From positions 3,708-67,707 of the forward strand of contig JAHHGO010000001.1 in NCBI GenBank assembly GCA_023252275.1: DNA of 64,000 nucleotides, given 5' to 3'. Positions 58,212 to 64,000 of the stretch are shown here, piece after piece. Made by a program: the position numbers and the translations under genes. This DNA is from Alphaproteobacteria bacterium (GTDB taxonomy: Bacteria; Pseudomonadota; Alphaproteobacteria; UBA11222). The notes below the pieces were generated by a model that saw only the letters and a list, made by a program, of their open reading frames with translations, was not told the origin of the DNA and made no database searches. Every line of letters starts with the position of its first letter. Within the stretch, counting starts at the first letter, position 1.

Positions 58212-61200
58212 CTCGACGGCTCCTTAATAAGGCCATCAATGATGCTGTTTAACATTTTCCTGGCCGTACTTTCTTGCGGCGCTACGGAAGGCGCTGGTGC
58301 GGATGGTTGCTGCGCTGATACGGGTGGTTCGGATGGCGGTGCTGTTTGTTCCGCCACCGGCGGGGCATCGGTTACAGGAATTGGCGCGGGCGCGGCGTCT
58401 CTGTCGCTGATGATGCGCTGAAGGCTTTTGGACATCAACGCCTGTGTGAAATGATTTTCAATCCGGCTGGTGCGCAGGCTTCGTTCGGGCGCGTTCAGCG
58501 GGCCGATAAAGGCAATGCCCAATGGCGGCGCGCTCATATGATCATTGAATGTCAGATTGGCTTCTGCGGTTAACCAGTAACGCGGCAGGTCGATGCTGGC
58601 CTCCAGGCCCCCGGTTGCGGTGGCGATGCTGATTTCGGGATTGTCGCTTTGCGCCACCCCCTGAGCGATCGTGAATGGCGCACTGATGCGTGTATAGGGG
58701 GTCGCCCCGTCCTGCAAAGCCGGAGCCGCCAGTTTTTGAAAATCAGCGGCCCGTTCCAGTTTGGCCAGTTGTGCGCTGAAAGCGGGCAGGTTGATCCCCT
58801 GGATAAACCCCTTGTTTGCGGTAAGCTGGGCCTTGCCTTCCAGGCTGGAAACAAGGGCAAAGCTGCTGGCCCCCGCTCCCTTGACGGAACCCGAAAAATT
58901 CAGTTGCCCGGTCATGGCGGGCGAACCGGCAACGGCCAGGCTGACGGCCTGTATATCCGCATCTTTCAGATTCCAGCCGGCGGTAAATTCCGGCATGTCC
59001 GGCACATTCGAGAGGCTTGCGCTCAAGACGGCCTCGCCGCCGAATAGCTGGCCGGTCAACTGTTTCAGGCTGGCCCGGCCCGCGCGCAGTTCAAGCGTCA
59101 CGGATGGTTTGACAATATCATATCCCGCAGCTGAAATCCGCGCCGCGTCCAGTATGATATCGGCTTCGAACCTGTCCATAAATGTCAGATCCAGCGGCGC
59201 GCCGGACCATGGCAGTTGCCGGTTCTGGCTGGATCGCGCCGCGTCCGTTGACGGCGCGGTCTGGAACAGATTGTCCATAAGAATTTCGCCGGCATGGGCT
59301 TCCGCACGAAATACCGGTTTGGGCCCGGCAGCGTTCCAGCTTGCCTGTCCCTGAATCGGAATAGCGCCAATGACCCCATTCAGCGCGCTCAAACTGATCT
59401 CATTATTTGCGCTGGCAAGTTCCGCCGTCAGGGAAATACCCGCGTCATCCCCGGCTTCAGCCGGAGAAATTTTATACCCGGCCTGTGCGGCAATGCCGTG
59501 AAGGCTCGGGCTGTTCAGCGCAATGCGCATTCTGGATGCGGCGGCCTCGCCAGCCGGCGCGATAATGCCCGGCGCCAGACCATTGAAGCTGCCCGCGATC
59601 TCCAATGATGTTTCACCGAACTGCGAATTTATCGCCGCTTCCACCCCGTTATCGGCCAGCAGAAACTTTGCTTCGATCCGCGTCTTTCCCAATTGCGCGC
59701 CCGGGATCGGCAGCGGCGTTCCGAGCGTCCTCGCCAGGCCGCCAAGATCATTGGACGCCAGACGCAGATTTATTTCTCCCTGCATCGCTGCGGAAAAATT
59801 ACTCAGTATGCCGCTCAGGCTGAAGGCGCTGCCGGCAATATCCGCAATAGTGAATTTGTTAAACGCCACCGTCCCGCTGACAAGCGATCCCTCCGCCTGT
59901 AATTTTGTGATTGGAAGGCCGTGATAGATAAGCTCATTGACCGACAGGTCGAAATTACTGTCATGCTGCATGATCAGTTCACGGATGATAGGCCATTTCG
60001 GCGCAGCCGGGTCGGCAATATTCGCCGCAGGATCCGCTACGGGCGCTGCGACCGCTTCGGGAAAATAATTATCGGCGTTCAACTGGTCGATCTTCAACTC
60101 AATGCCCAATGCGGGACGGCCCCGCAGCGCCAAAGCCAGATCGCCGGTCAGCTTGGACGCATCAATTGCGGCCGTGATTTTGTGCAGTTGCGCAAGCTCC
60201 GGCGTGATATCGATCTGCGCGGTTAATTCCGCCCGGCCAAGGCTGCGATCAGGTATGTCTGGCGTCTGCATACCCAGCCAGCCAAGCAGGGCGCGAAAAT
60301 ATTCCGCCCGCACATCCAGATTGCCCTTAAAATTTGGCGCGCCTCCGGAATGTGTCAGTTCGCCCGAAATCTTTAATGCGGTGCTGCCGGGCAGATAGGC
60401 GCTGAAATTTTCCAGCGTCAGGGCGCCGTCGCTTACTTTGGCGGCGATGGCTATGTCGCGGACCGTGCCATTATTCAGCTTTACCGCATTACCAGTAATC
60501 CGGACTGTGCCTTTCAGATCAGGCCGGATTTCAAAACCGGCGGGCAATGTCAGGGATGGCGCGTCAGATGCGGTGGCCTTGCGCAATTTGTCCAGATCAA
60601 GACTGGAGGCGTTCACTACAGCCTCAAATACCGGCGCCGCCGTCATGTCAATCTTGAGAGAGGCCGTCAGCGCGTTTTCGTTCAGGCTGAACTTGACCTT
60701 GTCAAAATCAAACCTGTCCGGCGTAAAGGAAAGCACACCTTCCAGCTGATAGGCATAAGGCAAAAAACCGGCCTGCATGCCGGCAAGGGCAGGCACACCC
60801 AATTTCACCATATGGGTCATAAGCAGGTTTAGATCCGCACCCTGACTAACCAGTGTCCCGGCCATATCTCCATGCGAAGTGACAGTTCCATTAAAATCAA
60901 GCCGGGTGTTTTCCGGCAGCATCGATTTCAATATCAAAGCGGCGGGCTGACCGCCTGAAAATTTACCGGCTTTCGCTTCCAGCCGAAGCGGTACATCCTG
61001 TATCCGCATGGCGCCGGCGAGTTTGAACGGCCCGAACAGGGATTCGCCGGAAAGCTGCAAATCCATTTCGCTGGCCGACAGCGCCGCGCCGGAAACACGG
61101 TTGCGATACCGCATCTGGCCGCGTTCTATCAGCACATGATCAAATTTTATTTCCGCAGGCGGTGTGGCGCCCGCCGCCAGAATATCCCAATTGTTAACAC

Positions 61201-61600
61201 CGTCAGGCAGGGTTTCCAGATTCAGAATGGGGGCAATCAGCCGGAAATTCGCCACCTGGATTTTCCCCGAAAGCAGCGCCGCCATGGCAAGCTGCGCATC
61301 CAGCCGCTCCAGGCTGAGCATTACCGGTTCCGAGGCGTCGGCGTGATTGGCGAGTGTGGCGTTTTCCAGCGACAAAGCGGGGCGGGGCAGCATGCTGAAA
61401 CTGATCGGGCCGTTAATTCGGACCTGCCCGCCCGCAAAGGTGCTCGCCTGGCTTTCGATCTGGTCTTTGAAACGGTTCCAGTCAATGAAACCCGGCAGCA
61501 GCAGCGCGGCAATAAGCAGCAGCAGCACGGACGCCGCCAGGCTATAGGCGATTTTCCGGCCGCGGGACGGGGGGCGTTTGAATTTGCGCACTGTCCGCAT
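58208..61600 (-). CDS. AsmA-family protein (bridge-like lipid transfer protein superfamily)
   Basis: 1130 aa, N-terminal TM anchor, long beta-rich periplasmic region, Pro/Ala-rich C-terminus. Confidence 0.7.
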   Translation of the reverse strand: MRTVRKFKRPPSRGRKIAYSLAASVLLLLIAALLLPGFIDWNRFKDQIESQASTFAGGQVRINGPISFSMLPRPALSLENATLANHADASEPVMLSLERLDAQLAMAALLSGKIQVANFRLIAPILNLETLPDGVNNWDILAAGATPPAEIKFDHVLIERGQMRYRNRVSGAALSASEMDLQLSGESLFGPFKLAGAMRIQDVPLRLEAKAGKFSGGQPAALILKSMLPENTRLDFNGTVTSHGDMAGTLVSQGADLNLLMTHMVKLGVPALAGMQAGFLPYAYQLEGVLSFTPDRFDFDKVKFSLNENALTASLKIDMTAAPVFEAVVNASSLDLDKLRKATASDAPSLTLPAGFEIRPDLKGTVRITGNAVKLNNGTVRDIAIAAKVSDGALTLENFSAYLPGSTALKISGELTHSGGAPNFKGNLDVRAEYFRALLGWLGMQTPDIPDRSLGRAELTAQIDITPELAQLHKITAAIDASKLTGDLALALRGRPALGIELKIDQLNADNYFPEAVAAPVADPAANIADPAAPKWPIIRELIMQHDSNFDLSVNELIYHGLPITKLQAEGSLVSGTVAFNKFTIADIAGSAFSLSGILSNFSAAMQGEINLRLASNDLGGLARTLGTPLPIPGAQLGKTRIEAKFLLADNGVEAAINSQFGETSLEIAGSFNGLAPGIIAPAGEAAASRMRIALNSPSLHGIAAQAGYKISPAEAGDDAGISLTAELASANNEISLSALNGVIGAIPIQGQASWNAAGPKPVFRAEAHAGEILMDNLFQTAPSTDAARSSQNRQLPWSGAPLDLTFMDRFEADIILDAARISAAGYDIVKPSVTLELRAGRASLKQLTGQLFGGEAVLSASLSNVPDMPEFTAGWNLKDADIQAVSLAVAGSPAMTGQLNFSGSVKGAGASSFALVSSLEGKAQLTANKGFIQGINLPAFSAQLAKLERAADFQKLAAPALQDGATPYTRISAPFTIAQGVAQSDNPEISIATATGGLEASIDLPRYWLTAEANLTFNDHMSAPPLGIAFIGPLNAPERSLRTSRIENHFTQALMSKSLQRIISDRDAAPAPIPVTDAPPVAEQTAPPSEPPVSAQQPSAPAPSVAPQESTARKMLNSIIDGLIKEPSR

Positions 61601-61659
61601 ATGCGAATCTGTTCCTTATTCTTGTGGCAAAAACATACAGCAATGTGGATAATGTCTCC

Positions 61660-61854
61660 ATGACCGAGATCGTCAATCTTAATAAGGTCCGCAAGCGGCG
61701 CGCCAAACAGAAGCGGCTGGAAACAGCGAGCCGGAACCGCATCAAGTTCGGGCTGACCAGTCAGGTGCGCGAGGCCGCGCGCCGTCAACAGCAAATTCAG
61801 TCCGACAGGCTGGACGCCACCCGCCTGCCGCCCGGCACGGATCAGAAAACATAA
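61660..61854 (+). CDS. Small basic protein, DUF4169-like
   Basis: MTEIVNLNKVRKRRAKQKR...; ~64 aa (track ORF begins at GTG 61624). Confidence 0.45.
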   Translation: MTEIVNLNKVRKRRAKQKRLETASRNRIKFGLTSQVREAARRQQQIQSDRLDATRLPPGTDQKT

Positions 61855-61888
61855 ACTTATCACGCATTCATCGCAGGGAACCGCCGCC

Positions 61889-63517
61889 ATGCTACAGTCA
61901 GGGCCGCTGAACGGCATTAAGGTCATTGATCTTTCACGGGTCCTGGCAGGCCCCTATTGCACCATGCTGCTGCTGGATCTTGGCGCCAGCGTCACCAAGG
62001 TGGAAACCCCTGCCGGTGGCGATGATGCGCGGGCCTTTGGCCCTTTTATCGGCGATCGCTCGGCCTATTTCATGTCGCTCAACCGGGGTAAGCGCTCCAT
62101 CGCGCTTGATCTGAAGGCGCCCGCAGATCGGGAAATATTCGAGCAACTGCTGGCGAACGCCGATGTGCTGGTGGAAAATTTCCGTGCTGGAACCATGGAA
62201 AAGCTGGGTTATGGCTGGGATGCGCTGCGGGCGCGTTATCCGCATCTGATCTATGCCGCCACCAGCGGTTTTGGCCATACCGGGCCTTATTCGGATCGTC
62301 CGGCCTATGACATGGTCGTTCAGGGCATGGGCGGCATTATGAGCCTGACCGGTTATCCCGGTGGCCCGCCCACAAGGGTTGGCAGTTCCATCGGCGATAT
62401 TACCGCGGGCCTGTTTACTTCTATCGGCATTCTGTCGGCGCTGCATCACCGCACCGAAACCGGCAGGGGCCAGAAGGTGGATGTCTCGATGCTGGATTGC
62501 CAGCTGGCCATTCTGGAAAACGCCATTGTGCGTTATTTTACCACGGGCGAAATTCCGGCGCCGCTGGGCGCACGGCACCCGTCCATCACACCGTTCGAGG
62601 CCTACGCCGCGCAGGATGGACATGTGATTATTGCCGCGGGCAATGACAAACTGTTCCATCTGGCGCTGGAAGCGCTTGACCTGCCGGAATTGCAGCATGA
62701 TCCGCGCTTTACCAGCGGACCGTTGCGCAACATGAATGTCGAGGCGCTGAAGCAATGTTTTGAAGCGGCGCTGCTGAAAAATACCGTCGATTACTGGCTG
62801 GCGCGGCTGCAGGAACGCGGCGTCCCGGCCGGGCCGATCAATAATGTGGCGCAGATACTGGCCGATCCGCAGATCAAGGTCCGCAATATGGTGGTGACGG
62901 CGCAAGACCCGGTGGCGGGTACGCTGCATATGGCCGGTAATCCCATCAAGCTGTCGGCGTTTCATGATCCTGAAACGCGCGGCGCGCCGCCATCGCTGGA
63001 TGGCGACCGGGCGGCGATTCTGCGTGAGTTGAGCGGAACGCAACTGAATCTGGCGCGCATCAAAGAAGCGGATCGGGAAACTATTGAACATTTCATGCTG
63101 GAGAGGTTCAGCTCTGTTTATATGCCCGGCCCGGAGGCGGTGCAGGATGTGCGCTCACTTCCGGGTTTCACCGCGAGAAATGCGGATGGCCTTGCGGGGC
63201 TGGCGAGTGTCACAATCCAGCAGGACCGCGCGCAACTTGTGTGTCTGGACAGCCTGCATTCCGGTCGCGGCTGCGGCGGGGCGCTGCTGGCGGCGGCGAT
63301 TGATTTTGTCCGCTCCGAGGGGTGCAATAAAATCAGTGTACTGACCGGCAACAATAATCTGCGCGCCATCGGCTTTTTCCAGAAACGCGGTTTTGCAATA
63401 AGCGGGGTGCGTCCGGGCCAGCTTGCCGGTTTTGTGAGGCAAACGCCGGGCTTCCTTGCGCCCGGCGACACGCACATTCCCGCACGGGATTTTCTGGAAA
63501 TGGAACTGGCGCTTTGA
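61889..63517 (+). CDS. CoA-transferase family III (CaiB/BaiF) fused to a C-terminal GNAT N-acetyltransferase domain
   Basis: GIKVIDLSRVLAGPYCTMLLLDLGA...catalytic Asp region (YDMVVQ); residues ~420-542 carry a GNAT-like fold (GRGCGGALLAAAIDFVRSEGCNKISVLT...). Confidence 0.7.
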   Translation: MLQSGPLNGIKVIDLSRVLAGPYCTMLLLDLGASVTKVETPAGGDDARAFGPFIGDRSAYFMSLNRGKRSIALDLKAPADREIFEQLLANADVLVENFRAGTMEKLGYGWDALRARYPHLIYAATSGFGHTGPYSDRPAYDMVVQGMGGIMSLTGYPGGPPTRVGSSIGDITAGLFTSIGILSALHHRTETGRGQKVDVSMLDCQLAILENAIVRYFTTGEIPAPLGARHPSITPFEAYAAQDGHVIIAAGNDKLFHLALEALDLPELQHDPRFTSGPLRNMNVEALKQCFEAALLKNTVDYWLARLQERGVPAGPINNVAQILADPQIKVRNMVVTAQDPVAGTLHMAGNPIKLSAFHDPETRGAPPSLDGDRAAILRELSGTQLNLARIKEADRETIEHFMLERFSSVYMPGPEAVQDVRSLPGFTARNADGLAGLASVTIQQDRAQLVCLDSLHSGRGCGGALLAAAIDFVRSEGCNKISVLTGNNNLRAIGFFQKRGFAISGVRPGQLAGFVRQTPGFLAPGDTHIPARDFLEMELAL

Positions 63518-64000
63518 ATGCAACGATCTGACCGGCGATTGGCGGCATGGCTTGGCGGTTTTGTTCTGTTCGCCTTGCTGCTCCCGTCCGCCGGGATAGC
63601 GCAAAACTATTCGCGCATCGAACTGATGCAGGCCTCGACAGGGTTGGGCGATGGCCAGCCTTTATTGTTCGGCATCCGGATCGAGCCGCGTCCGGGATGG
63701 AAAACCTATTGGCGCGCGCCGGGCGAAAGTGGCCTGCCGCCTGTTTTCACTTTTCGGGTGCATGACAATATGGATGTGCCGGAAATCAAATGGCCTGCGC
63801 CAAAACGCCTGATGCTGCAGGGGCTTGAATCCTATGGCTATGATGGGCCGGTGATTTTTCCATTCCATGTTCAGCCGCGGGATACCACGCGGCCAATACA
63901 GATTGAGGTGCAGGCGGATTACGCCGTATGTATGGATATATGCGTGCCGGAACAGGCTGTTCTGAAGCTTTTGCTTCAACCGGGCCCATCCGGCCCCGCG
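63518..64000 (+). CDS. DsbD N-terminal-domain-like periplasmic thiol:disulfide protein, N-terminal fragment
   Basis: Signal peptide MQRSDRRLAAWLGGFVLFALLLPSAGIA, YAVCMDICVPE cysteine pair; the gene continues beyond the window end (not in ORF track, no stop). Confidence 0.5.
   Translation, partial: MQRSDRRLAAWLGGFVLFALLLPSAGIAQNYSRIELMQASTGLGDGQPLLFGIRIEPRPGWKTYWRAPGESGLPPVFTFRVHDNMDVPEIKWPAPKRLMLQGLESYGYDGPVIFPFHVQPRDTTRPIQIEVQADYAVCMDICVPEQAVLKLLLQPGPSGPA

Noticed and set aside
61934-63091. 385-aa minus-strand ORF antisense to the CoA-transferase gene
   Set aside because: Sense frame has the CoA-transferase III core; antisense is R/Q-rich low complexity.

Overview
This is a high-GC (~60%) chromosomal segment that reads as alphaproteobacterial: cpdR preceded by a CtrA box, ftsB-pdhA-pdhB(lipoyl domain)-pdhC-lpdA synteny, ftsEX, and the lysA / small lipoprotein / argH / tlpA block. 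The first ~42 kb is mostly housekeeping, densely packed on both strands. It holds cell division genes (ftsE/ftsX, ftsB, a SEDS RodA/FtsW homolog), amino-acid biosynthesis (lysA, argH), the complete pyruvate dehydrogenase operon, fabA-fabB-fabI, trxB, coaA, gluQ, moaB, a family-4 uracil-DNA glycosylase, a soluble lytic transglycosylase, one tRNA-Lys(CTT), and signalling proteins (CpdR-like receiver, GGDEF-EAL, CHASE2 class-III cyclase). Also here are a conserved but functionally obscure rubrerythrin / CCG-domain Fe-S protein / DUF3501 operon under a cysteine-less Fur-family (Irr/PerR-like) regulator, and a TIGR04282/TIGR04283 glycosyltransferase pair divergent from a PA0069-type radical SAM gene. 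The last ~19 kb (42.9-61.6 kb) looks accessory. It contains a double-hotdog MaoC dehydratase divergent from a recently tandem-amplified array of phosphotriesterase-like lactonase + SDR dehydrogenase cassettes (PTE-SDR-SDR-PTE-SDR, ~90% nt identity between copies). Next comes a plus-strand cluster of translationally coupled genes (hexapeptide acyltransferase, FAD oxidoreductase, NTF2-like, GT4, two methyltransferases, alpha/alpha-toroid protein). It converges on a minus-strand operon in which a 1130-aa AsmA-family (bridge-like lipid transport) gene is coupled by ATGA overlaps to an exported hypothetical, an SDR and a CmcI-type methyltransferase. I propose this 12-kb convergent locus as the most likely undescribed system: synthesis and modification of an envelope (glyco)lipid coupled to AsmA-mediated export. 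Other noteworthy structures include a nested palindromic element between pdhC and lpdA, a family of CT/GA-armed hairpins, several operator-like palindromes, and a CoA-transferase III-GNAT fusion. I saw no CRISPR array, transposase or integrase.
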